Assembly: GCA_038087875.1 (NCBI GenBank)
Contig: CM075986.1
Location: 13,640,001-13,704,000, forward strand
DNA length: 64,000 bases
DNA from: Malacoraja senta
Lineage: Eukaryota
Direction: 5' to 3'
Notes under the pieces: generated by a model
Told to the model about the DNA's origin: nothing
What the model saw: the letters and a program-made list of their open reading frames with translations, nothing else
The model's database searches: none
Translations under genes and position numbers: made by a program
Shown here: piece after piece, positions 40,773 through 51,675 of the stretch
Numbering within the stretch: position 1 is the stretch's first letter
How the letters are laid out: each line of letters begins with the position of its first letter

Positions 40773-41018
40773 CAACAGGTATCTGAGGGGTAACTTTTCC
40801 ACACACAGGGTGGTGGGTGTACGGAACGAGCTGCCAGAGGAGATAGTTGAGGCGGGGACTCTCCCAACGTTTAAGAAACAGTTAGACAGGTACATGGGTA
40901 GGATAGGTTTGGAGAGATGTGGGTCAAACGCGGGTAGGTGGAACTAGTGTAGACGGGACATGTTGGCGGGTGTGGGTAAGTTGGGCCGAAGGGCCTGTTT
41001 CCACGCTGTATGACTACG
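40773..41018 (+). mobile_element. CR1/HER1-type LINE 3' end (CpGs retained)
   Basis: Collinear with the 31968-32207 and 12655-12910 copies. Confidence 0.8.
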
Positions 41019-41857
41019 ACCCTAAGAAATTGGGAGCGAAGTCAGGAAGGGCATAAAGGCACATCGATATTTTAAACCTTTTCTTCCTGAGTGGCCGTTC
41101 CATGTAAATTTTGACATCCTACGAAACCTCGCCATGCATTGTACAGAAAGGGTTTAACTTTCGTCGCATGTATCCGGTGTTCAGGGAATCCCACAGACAT
41201 TCACAACAATGAAGGTTCAGCTTTAGTTTAGCCACAGTTCAGGCAAAGTGGCAGCCAATTTGCTAACGGAACAGCTTGCCAAACACCTGTGTCCCAGTAG
41301 TCGCGTGTAAACACATTCATGGTGGAGTTGGATTAGTAGAATATCCAACCTGTGTCAAATAGGTTGTGTAGAAAGGGATAAAACGAATGTTGTCCAAAAC
41401 AGTTTGTAACCTGTATATAATGCAATATGACACCTATAGCCAACACGCCATAATGATATGACAACTTTAAGTGCCTCACATTATCGTGAGGCGCAGGAAC
41501 CTGTAGAGCAAAGCATGAATTTAACATGTGTTACATTTTCTATCGATAACCTTCAGCAGGTACCTTATACGCATCACATTTAACTGCCTTTCCTCTCCCC
41601 GCGACAATATATGGTGATCCGAGTGAACTTGTTTTCTCCATTTCCCGTCCATCTCAATGCCACATCCATGCCCCTCAAGTTCCACAGCGCTCCGCCTCCA
41701 TTATCTGACCCAGCACATTCAGTGTTCACAAGTTTAGTATTGGCTGCACATTCTGACGCTCTCACCATTAAATATCTCACAGTGCGAAGCATCCTTTGCT
41801 CAGTATCTTTATTCTGCTCATTCCTCTGCATTTATGTTACTCAGCCATTTCCCAATC

Positions 41858-42460
41858 TGTGCAGAATGACACCGCAGATGCTAGTTTATACCGAAGGTAG
41901 ACACAAAGTGCTGGAGTAACTCAGCGGGTCTCGCAGCATCTCTGGAGAAAAGGGATGGGTGACGTTTCGGGTCGAGACCCTTCTTCACACGTTTGACCCG
42001 AAACGTCAACCATCATTTTTCTCCAGAGATGCTGCGTGACCCGCTGAGTTACTCCAGCACTTTGTGTCCATTTCCTTAAACTGTCTGGCTTGGAATAAGC
42101 ATCATTTGTTCGGTATCTTTATTCTGCTAATTCCTCTGCATTGATGTTACTCAGCCATTTCCTTAAACTGTGTAGAAAGAAACCGCTGGTTTATACCGAA
42201 GAATGACACAAAATGCCATGGTAACTCCGCGGTACAGGCAGCATCTCTGGATCAAAGGTATGGGTGACATTTCAGGTCGAGACACAAGGACCTGCAGATG
42301 CTGGAATCTTGAGCTAAACAGAAAGCCCTGAAGGAACTCTGCGGGTCAGGCAGCATCCGGAAAGTTTGAAGAAGTGTCCCGACAGGAAACATCGCCTGTC
42401 CATTCCCTGCCCAGACACGAATTGACCCGATGAGTTCCTCCAGGACTCTGTGTTTTAAAT
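41858..42460. mobile_element. Cluster of PLE terminal repeats: inverted pair 41858-42070, duplicated arm 42170-42283, older-subfamily pair 42281-42460
   Basis: Repeated gctggagtaactcagcgggtc and gaaacgtc motifs in both orientations. Confidence 0.75.
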
Positions 42461-43127
42461 TCAATGCTGCCTCATGCGGGATTTTGCATAGCTTGTATAA
42501 GGCGGATACGTGCACTGATGATAGACATGCGCCTCGATTAGAAACATTAAATTAGTACACATACCTAGGCACGACCATGCATCAATGAACACATACATTA
42601 ATATGTGCGAAGGTAAGACATGCACACAGAGACATGCACCACAAGTGCACGATACACGCAATGCAAGTGTAGGCGGACATGCATAATCTATGTAAACATA
42701 GACAAAACACATACATATCCAATGGCACGTGTTTGCAGGCACGCTTATCGCACAAAGAATGATTGTTCTTTTAAACAGATGACAATATAAACATTTGTGA
42801 AATGCGAACTTTTTTAAAGTATCAAATTGTGATGAATGCACATGTCAGTGATGCTCAGGAACTGACAGCATCGCTGACCGGATGACATATCTTCATGCCC
42901 ATTGGGTGAAGATGCCCATTAACATTTGCCAATTTCCCGAATGAGTCACCTAACACAATTCCTAGCATGTAACAGGCGGACGGCTAATCGGAAATTTCCC
43001 CCAAATGATGAAGGTTAACAAGTAATAGGAATGGCTACTTCGAAGCAACCATAATATGAATGCTGCCTTCAGCTCATGAGGCACAGGTCTCCCATTCGTG
43101 TTTTGCTGACATGTGGCTACCAGATGC

Positions 43128-43626
43128 AGACACCTCCGCTCAGCCTGCGTGAACCAACATGATCTCCTGGTTGCTGGACACTTTAATTCTCCTTCCCATT
43201 CCAACACAGACCTTTCTGTCCTAGGTCTCCGCCATTGTGAGAGAGAGGCTAATCGCAAATTGGAGGAACAGCATCTCATATTTTGCTTGGGCAGCTTGCA
43301 GCCCAGTGGTATGAATATTGATTTCCCTCACTTCAGATAGCACCGGCATTCCCTCTCTCTCTATCCCTCCCCCACTCAAGTCGCTATAGCTTCTCATTTT
43401 CACCCTACAAACAGCTTACAATGGCCTGTTTCCTTTATCATCGTTACTTTTTTGCATATCTTTCATTCATTGTTCTTTATCTCTCCACATCACCGTCTAT
43501 ATCTCTCGTTTCCCTTATCCCTAACCAGTCTGAATAAAGGTCTCGACCCGAAACGTCGCCCATTCCTTCTCTCCAGAGATGATGCCTGTCCCGCTGAGTT
43601 ACTCCAGCTATCTGTGTGTCTATCTT
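43128..43626 (+). mobile_element. 5'-truncated Penelope-like retroelement: GIY-YIG endonuclease C-terminus, 3' UTR, terminal repeat with hammerhead motif
   Basis: ORF 43113-43340 reads HLRSACVNQHDLLVAGHFNSPSHSNTDLSVLGLRHCEREANRKLEEQHLIFCLGSLQPSGMNIDF, the HF..H..R..E...I..L..L.P.G.N pattern of PLE GIY-YIG domains. It is followed by the window's abundant repeat, with CTGAATA..GAAACGTC at 43530-43557. Confidence 0.85.
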
Positions 43627-44569
43627 TGGCTATTCTACTACATTCCCTTACCTGCACATGCTCACGAAATTAGTCAGAGGGTGGTGAATCTGTGGAATTC
43701 GTTGCCACAGAAGGCTGTGGAGGCCAAGTTAATGGATATACTTAGGGCAGAGATAGTTAGATTCTTGATTAGTACGGGTGTCAGAGGTTATGGGAAGAGG
43801 CAGGAGAATGGGGTTAAGAGGGAGATATAGATCAGCCATGCTTGAATGACGAGTAGACTTGATGGGCTGAATGGCCTAATTCTGCTCCTGTCACTTATCA
43901 TCTTATGATCTTATGAAATGTTAGTTTAGTTACACGTCGCATGCTCGTAATATATATATTAAAATCCGACATTTGGAAATGCTTGCAGTTTTTCTTAACC
44001 TCTGACAACTCAGCAATGTTCCTACAGGAATTTATTTATTTGTAAGTGGTTTCACTGAATCGAACTGAGTGAGGCAAGATCTTGAACACGGTAACTGATG
44101 TCTTACAGCAATCTCCTAGCGGGAGGTAAAGGGTGCGTGTCACGTCTACCACGCCCCAGAAAATAATCCCAAACAGTTTCCAAGAAAACACATTCCTTGG
44201 GAACGATTCTCGCAAAAGTAACTTCGCGCTGGCTTTCTGTTACATCTTCTTAGAGCAGGAAAAGATAACTGAATGCCCAACATTTCTTTCTTACAAAACA
44301 CGTTGCTGAAATAACGTGAACATATGCAACAGACCGCGTAAGATGTTACACAGACGCGTGCCAATGTCCAAAGAGAACCTCGAGAACTCAGCGCAGTATT
44401 CTCAAGTCATAGTCATAAAGTGTGGGAAAAGGCCCTTCGGCCCAACTTGCCCACACCTGCCAACATGTCCCAGCTACTCTAGTCCCACCTGCCTGCGCTT
44501 GGTCCATATCCCTCCAGACCTGTCCTATCTGTCAAACGGTTAACTAACGAGTTTTATGTCCATTCAACT

Positions 44570-44850
44570 CTCTCTATCTACTTATCTCCACATCTATCTA
44601 CCCCCCGCATCTATCTACCCCCCATCTATCTACCCCCCCCATCTATCTACACCCTCCATCTATCTACACCCTCCATCTATCTACCTCCACACCTATCTAC
44701 CTCCACATTTATCTACCTCCATATATATCTGCCCCTGCTTATATATACCACTCTATCTGAATACCCCGCTATCTGTCTGTGTATCTATCTATCCATCCGT
44801 CCGTCCGCCCGCCCGTCTGTCCGTCTGAATGTCTATCTGTCTATCTAACT
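44570..44850. repeat. ATCTATCTAC(C)n minisatellite grading into (GTCT/GTCC)n
   Basis: Repeated catctatctacc units of about 14-17 nt. Confidence 0.85.
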
Positions 44851-47800
44851 ATTCTACTACAGATGCTTGAATTTTGAGGAAAACAAAAACAAAATGCGAG
44901 GAGGAACTAACGGGGTCGGGCAGCATCTCTGGAGGGAAACGAACATTCAACGTTTCGGGTGGGGTCTTTATTCAGCCTTCTGCCTGGATGAAGAGTCCAG
45001 ACCGGAAACGTTCTCCTGTCCATTCCCTCCACAGATGCTGCCTGACCCACTGAGTGCCACCAGCACTTTGTGATTTGTATGTATGTATTTATCTACCATC
45101 TCCATCTACCATCTCCATCTTTCTCTGTCTCTCTCTCTCACTGTCTATCTATCATTATTCTACATCGCTATCACGTAGATCATTCTATGTATCTATTACC
45201 ATGTCTATTAGCTTCTGTTTCTCCCCATGCCTCTGCTTACTCGGAGCATCGTTCTCTATCTACCTCTGCCTAAGGCACCCAGGTTGTCCCTCATCTCCTT
45301 CGACAAAGTCATGAGCCTGAAGTCATTCACATTGTCAGTAATTTTATTCATGTGTACACACGCTCACACGCCCACGTGCGATCAGGAATGTCTCCCGTAG
45401 ACCTCCGCGACTCACTGCAAGCTGCTTCGTCGAGTTAAACATAAAAACATAGAAAATAGGTGCAGGAGTAGGCCATTCGGCCCTTCGACCGGCACCACCA
45501 TTCAATATGATCATGGCTGATCATCCAAACTCAGTACTCCGTTCATGCTTTCTCTCCATATCCCTTGATTCCGTTAGCCCCAAGAGCTATATCTAACTCT
45601 CTCTTGAATATATCCAGTGAATTGGCCTCCACTGCCTTCTGTGGCAGAGAATTTCACAGATTCACAACTCTCTGGGTGAAAACGTTTTTCGTTCATCTCA
45701 GTCCTAAATGGCCTACCCCTTTTTTCCTAAACTGTTACCCTGGTTCTGGACCTCCCCGAACATCGGGAACATTTTTCCTGCATTTAGCCTTAAGTTTCTA
45801 TAAGATCCCCCTCATCCTTCAAAATTCGGTCGGATGTTGACGGAGTTCTCGGAGTTCCCCTCTCAGAACTGCAAGTCTTTGCCAGGTACTTTCCATAATC
45901 GTTTAAATATACACCTTCCATCAAGTCAGACTTTGCTCGAGTTAAATTGTCCGCCAATGACGGACGCATATGAGATGACATCGGTTCCTTGGACAGAACT
46001 CGAGGCCTCATTAAAATGAGAACATCTTCTTGCAAATTTGACATATCAACCAAGATTTAAAAAAAAAATTGGAATCATAATCTTGAAGGTCACGTCCCTT
46101 TCGTGCTTCTGCTGGGTCTTTGAAATAAATTAATATATTACTGCAGCCACATTCTCTTGAGTTTTCCCCTATAATTCGGCATTTGTCTCTCTGAGCACAA
46201 ATCCAATTCACTTTCAAATAAATTGTTGAATTTATTCTCACCAACATCCAGCTAGGAAATTCCAGATCCTCGCAATGTCCCTCTCATCCTTACGTCAACT
46301 CACCTCTACCTCTCCCGAAGTGAAAAGATTTCCTTTTCACTCTTTCGAAACTGTCCATGGTCTTAAACCCCGGCAATAAATCTCCTCTTAACCTTCTCTG
46401 CTCCAGAAATATTATTTCTTCGAGGTAACGATTTTCACAACATTAAAAGGTGTCTGGACCAGTACTTTGGATCACCAGGTCATAGCAGGCTGTGGGCGTA
46501 GCGCTGGTAAATGAGATTAGTATAGAAAAGTATGGACATGGTGGACCGAAGGGCCACTTTCTGTGCTGAGGGGTATGACTTTGTCCAAAAGTCTTTAGAC
46601 ATACATAAACATTATCAAACCTTATTCCGAACACTAACCAAATACTGAATGGCCTCGTTAAGATTGATTTTTAAAAAACGGCTTTGAAATACTGTAAATA
46701 ATAGTGGGGCGGGTCAGGGTGAGTGGATAGCGGAGTGAAATATGCCTTCTGCGCCTGGATGGGCAAGAACTGGCGCCCGTCATCTCCGCGGAGAAGACAT
46801 ATTCCATCACTGTCCGTGTACAGGACAGCCGGTGACAAGCCACTTCCTCCATTCATCATATTCGCTGGCAGTGACTCACACAGCGGGCTGCAGGGTGCGA
46901 ACCTCGCGTCTGACTGAGCCAAGAAAAATGCACTTTTATCGCACCGTCTAGATTGGTGGGGGGGGGGGGGGGGGGGGGGGGGCTATTTTTTTTTGTTCTA
47001 ACACCCGGTTTGATAATGTCACAGACAACATTGAGAGGCTGAAGAAATGTGTCATGATGTCGCGTGGGATCTCTCAAGAGAGGCGCAAACAATGTCAGAC
47101 CAAACACAATAAGCCACAAAACTTTAAATATTTTAAATTCACACGCCAAGAAAGTCACTGAAGTGGAGGGGGCGGTTTCACCAGGGCAGTCTGAATGGGT
47201 TCGGTCGGTGCGATCTAAATTTAGTTTAAATTTGATCCCTTGATTATTCTATGAAGGAAAAAAACGTTTTAATGTTTCTGGAAACTTAAAAACGTATAAA
47301 TGCAGACTCGCATATAATCGCATTTCCGACACTGGGATGAAAATACCCTGTCAAACTGAACGCGTCGGGAGGGATGTGTTGATACTTTCCAATGCATTTC
47401 GCTTTATTTTGCGCAGAATTCGCCCCTTCCCCCTTTAAAAAATGTGTTTGCTGAAGTCATATTAGAGCCGGCCAGTCTGCGCCGAGTTGGGAGCTTTGAA
47501 CTGTCTTGGGTTAATCTCCAGGTGAGAGTTCATGACCTGACATGCCGCAGGTAGAGCCCCGGGTCGATGGGGAGAGAGGGAGAGGGAGAGGGAGGTCAGG
47601 ACCCGGATCTCACCCCTCGTTGGTGTGAGCAATCATTACGAATAAATACTCGTAACTGCGCCCTTGGATCGTGCACTTCCACTTTCTGAAATTAGCTCAT
47701 TGGCTAAAGAAGATAATTAATTTTAGATATGAACAAATTGCCACTTACAGTGTAAACATCACAAATCACACTGATCTGCATACCCACGAAACCGGAACAC

Positions 47801-48036
47801 GAATCGCTTTGAATTTGGAGGCTCGGGTTTGTATCCCTTGTTAACCTGAAGCAACATTGGTACCATAGAATCGCACAGCACAAGAGACAAGTTGTCCCAC
47901 CCAACCTGCGCCGGACCACTTGAGACATTTCCCCCTTCCAATTTTCCACTGTGATGTTCGTGCCTCGCACCCACCCCCCCCCCCCCCCCCCCACACCTCT
48001 ATTAAAGTGCACAGTATCTTCATCTCCCATTTGATA

Positions 48037-48457
48037 GTGTAGGAAGAAACCGCAGATGCTGGTTTACACCGAAGATAGACACAAAATGCTGGAGTAACCC
48101 AGCAGGACAGACAGCATCTCTGGAGAGAAGGAATGGGTGACGTTTCGGGTCAGTCTGAGAAAGGGTCTCGACCCGAAACGTCACCCATTACTCCAGTTAC
48201 TCCAGCTTTTTGTGTCGACCCCCTGGCATTATTCGTTGTAGCCGCGGTTGTTTAGATGAAGTGACAAATAAAGTTTAAATTGAAATATATTAAAGATGGA
48301 GAGAAGAAATGGGTGACTTTCGGGTCAAAAGGTTTCTTCTCGACCCGAAACGTCACCCATTCCTTCTCTCCAGAGATGCTGCCTGTCTCACTGAGTTACT
48401 CCAACATGTTGTGTCTATCGTCAGTTTAAACCAGCATCTGCAGTTCCTTCCTACACA
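48037..48457. mobile_element. Two adjacent inverted PLE repeat pairs
   Basis: 48037-48220 and 48297-48457; cagtctgagaaagggtctcgacccgaaacgtcaccc at 48151-48186. Confidence 0.8.
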
Positions 48458-49719
48458 TGTCACCTAAGGACCCCATGAATTGGGCCCGTCACCCATACTG
48501 GGTTTTACTGGGTATGGAGACCATCCCCAGTAAAACGGGAGCCGTTCCTTCCATCGGTTCAACCTTCGTTAACCCAATGTTAGGTCTGTGGAGACTGAGG
48601 GTCAGGTTTGGCTGAGGGATGATGAAGATGTCGGAGGGAGGGGCGAGGCAGGTGTTGGCAAGGAAGATAAAACATTTATCGTCCGACAAGCGATAAATGG
48701 GAGTGATTAAGCGCACGGTGCGCCAGGAGCAGTGAGCTGCATTCAGGGTGCGGGCGGACGGACGGCTGCGGGGAAGGAGTCATTCTCAATCTATTGCCTT
48801 TCCTTGGCAAAGTCACGCCCTCAATCTGCCATTGAATAGAAAGGAACAAAAATTGGATTTTAACTCTCTTTCATCATATTACATGTCCCTCGCATCTCTC
48901 TGTGTCCCTGTCCTTTGCTTATATCTCTCCCTTTGTCTGTCACTTGCAGTCGTGTGTCTGTTCCTTTTCCACACTGATTGCGGAGTAATATTTTCCCCGA
49001 CTATATTGAAAACGTCTACGCATCTCTTTCTATATGGCGATCATTGATAAAATATTCACACAGTTTCTCAGCAAAGCGCATACGCATTGAACAAATCCTC
49101 AAACAACAGGGACGTGGTGCTTTTGCTCTTTGTTTCTACGCCGGAATTAATATTAAATGTATAAAGGTTTCCCATACTAGTAACTCCTAGTGAGTCACGT
49201 TGAATCCATGAATGGTACTCCGTAATGTGTCACACCCAGCAACTCGCGGATATTGTTAAAACAGGGTGGAATATTGCTTTCTGTAAAATAAAAGTGACCT
49301 AATCAAATACACAATGTAGAAATTAACTAATAACGGAGATGGCTTGGTGTGGCCGAGAGAGCGGACTGCGAGGCCGACAGACGCGTGGTGTTGAGTTAGA
49401 TTCTTTCTCTCACAGCCTGTACGCGGCAATACACCTGGGCAGGAATAGGTAGGCGGTGGGTGCAGCGCAACGAGGGCATGTACCTGCCTTGGGTGGTGAG
49501 TGAACAGTGAAATGCTCCCTCGCCGCATTCGGCCACGTAGAATTAAATCAAAGCCCAGTGCGAGGTGTGTGCAGGAGAAGAGAGGGAAGGGGATATGAAT
49601 ATTCCGGATTATCATTCAATCAGCTTTTTCCAAAATGTGCTCATGTTCAGGGTAGATAGACACAAAATGCTGGAGTAACTCAGCGGGACAGGCAGCATCT
49701 CTGGATGGAGGGAATGGGT

Positions 49720-49747
49720 GACATTTCGGGTCGAGACCCTTCTTCAG
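49720..49747 (-). ncRNA. Minimal type I hammerhead ribozyme core (GUC triplet) in solo PLE repeat 49651-49752
   Basis: Minus strand CUGAAGA-A-GGGU(CUCG)ACCC-GAAA-U-GUC-ACCC: all core nucleotides present; stem I is very short. Activity unknown. Confidence 0.65.
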
Positions 49748-51037
49748 ACTGGGAGTTGGAGATTGATGTGCGCAAATTATCGGCGGTGATTTCAATATTG
49801 CAACAGCGACTAGTCTTCAAACCTCTGCAAAGCACATTGGGATAATTTTTTAAACGGACGTGACAGGCACTATGTAAAAAGAGTATTTTCTTCAAAAAAC
49901 TGAAAAGCCCCTTGCGGTGACAGGAACCCGAGCCAAAGCTGCAGTCTGGTTTCCAACAACAACTCTGATGGGTGCTGGAATAAAATAATGTTTGAATTCC
50001 AATCTTTCTTTGACTCAGTCTGCGCTTGTCCCTGTCCTAGGGTGATCTCACTTCAACAGCGTACCTGCTGGAAAAAAACCCTAAACCATCTGCTACAATT
50101 AGAAACGAGATAACGTTCATGAAAAGCGGGTCTAATCTCCGAGGAGTTTATCCACGCTCTTACCAGTTCAAAACATTTTAGAAGTTTATTTGATCGGATT
50201 TGTGCTTTACAATTAATACATTGGATGGTCAGACTTTCCTTCACGCCTTGCCCAATCGCATGTGGGTAGATCTGATAACAACTAACGTGGTTTGTTTTAA
50301 ATATATGTTACATATAAACACATTATTTCAAGCTTTTGTTTCGCGAAAGGAGATGTTGAGGGAGCGCCTGAGCCAGCGGGGAGAGAGGGGGAAGCTGACA
50401 GCTTTAAGTTTCAACACGCATTGGACAGTTTTCCCGAGCCTGTTTCAAAGTCCGGCGAGGTTACAAGTCCATGGTACTGTGGTATATTTCAGGTGAAGGC
50501 CCCTTTGGTTCAGTTTTACCCTGCCGCGGAGACGCCCTTGCCACGGCTAGCAGACGGGGCGAGACAGCAGGCTTACCTGGCACTCTTTCTGCATTCTGCA
50601 TTCCTCTTTTTCGCCAGCCCCGTCTATCTCCTCGCCTCCTGTCTCAATATTATTCTCACTTTCTCTCCCCAGTTTTCACTCCTAAGACCATCTCTGTATA
50701 CTCCGGATTTCTCTCTTTGACTTCCCTTTACCATTAAGCATATATCTAATCTTTTGTTTTATTTCTACCGCTCCCCCATTCTCCCCCTCTTTCAACCCTG
50801 TTCGGCGTGGGTTTCGTCTAATTTCTTCCTCTTTCTTTCTTTCTGGCTCGGGTCTCGGATTGCCAGTTCTGTAACAGGATCAATCAGTCGGTGTATGTGA
50901 TACAGCAGGCATCAGATAACACAGTTTGTTGATCAGATACTTCCCCAAGTGCACGCGCAAACCTCCTTGACCGCCTTTTCAAATGAGCTGGAACGAGTTT
51001 ATTCACACCCAATTCACTGCGTACAGTCGAGAATAAA

Positions 51038-51319
51038 NNNNNNNNNNNNNNNNNNNNNNNNNNNNNNNNNNNNNNNNNNNNNNNNNNNNNNNNNNNNNNN
51101 NNNNNNNNNNNNNNNNNNNNNNNNNNNNNNNNNNNNNNNNNNNNNNNNNNNNNNNNNNNNNNNNNNNNNNNNNNNNNNNNNNNNNNNNNNNNNNNNNNNN
51201 NNNNNNNNNNNNNNNNNNNNNNNNNNNNNNNNNNNNNNNNNNNNNNNNNNNNNNNNNNNNNNNNNNNNNNNNNNNNNNNNNNNNNNNNNNNNNNNNNNNN
51301 NNNNNNNNNNNNNNNNNNN
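51038..51319. other. 282-nt N run at the 5' end of Wnt3 intron 1
   Basis: Seen directly. Confidence 0.95.
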
Positions 51320-51322
51320 TAC

Positions 51323-51402
51323 CACCAGATCGGATAGCCAGCCAGACCGCGGGTCGAATTCAACAGAAGCGACAGCACAAATCCAAACAGGTACAAATCC
51401 AT
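51323..51402 (-). CDS. wnt3: Wnt3 coding exon 1 (signal peptide, MDLYLFGFVLSLLLNSTRGLAGYPIWW)
   Basis: ATG at 51402; hydrophobic signal peptide ending in LAGYPIWW as in vertebrate Wnt3; 80 coding nt ending TG|GT (donor 51322-51321), phase matched by exon 2. An N run starts 3 nt into the intron. Confidence 0.93.
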
Positions 51403-51589
51403 GAGTGTGGCAGGGTGTAAGAGGCAGAGAGAGAGGTTTGATACAGAGGGGGGGAAAGTTTTTTTCCCCCAAAAAAATAAAGTTGGAAGGCAGCAATCTC
51501 GGGGTCAACACTTCACCATAAGGACGGGAGCGTCCTCACATTATACAGATAGATGCTAATATAAAAGTAAAGGGGTTCAAATGCACGTC

Positions 51590-51675
51590 GGGACCCAATC
51601 CGATCTCACCGCCTTAGGACACAGATGATTATATAGTTCAGCGCTGTCAATCATGCCTTACCACCCCAATATCCA
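51590..51675 (-). promoter_or_regulatory. Candidate Wnt3 core promoter: TATA-like box, PBX-PREP/MEIS decamer, CCAAT boxes
   Basis: Minus-strand TATATAA (51635-51629) and TGATTGACAG (51653-51644); CCAAT at 51595-51599 and 51666-51670; 200-270 bp upstream of the ATG in repeat-free, CpG-retaining DNA. The TSS is not demonstrated. Confidence 0.4.

Noticed and set aside
43530-43557. Active ribozyme in the longest PLE copy
   Set aside because: The core reads CUGAAUA (G8 to U), which is expected to inactivate it.
2785-51402. Assignment as Wnt3a
   Set aside because: The 80-nt exon 1 with LAGYPIWW and the DSHHKGPPGEG/FGVLVS motifs fit Wnt3 better.
50884-51511. ORFs of 151-172 aa across the N run
   Set aside because: Only the 80-nt exon 1 part is supported; the rest is read-through of Ns.
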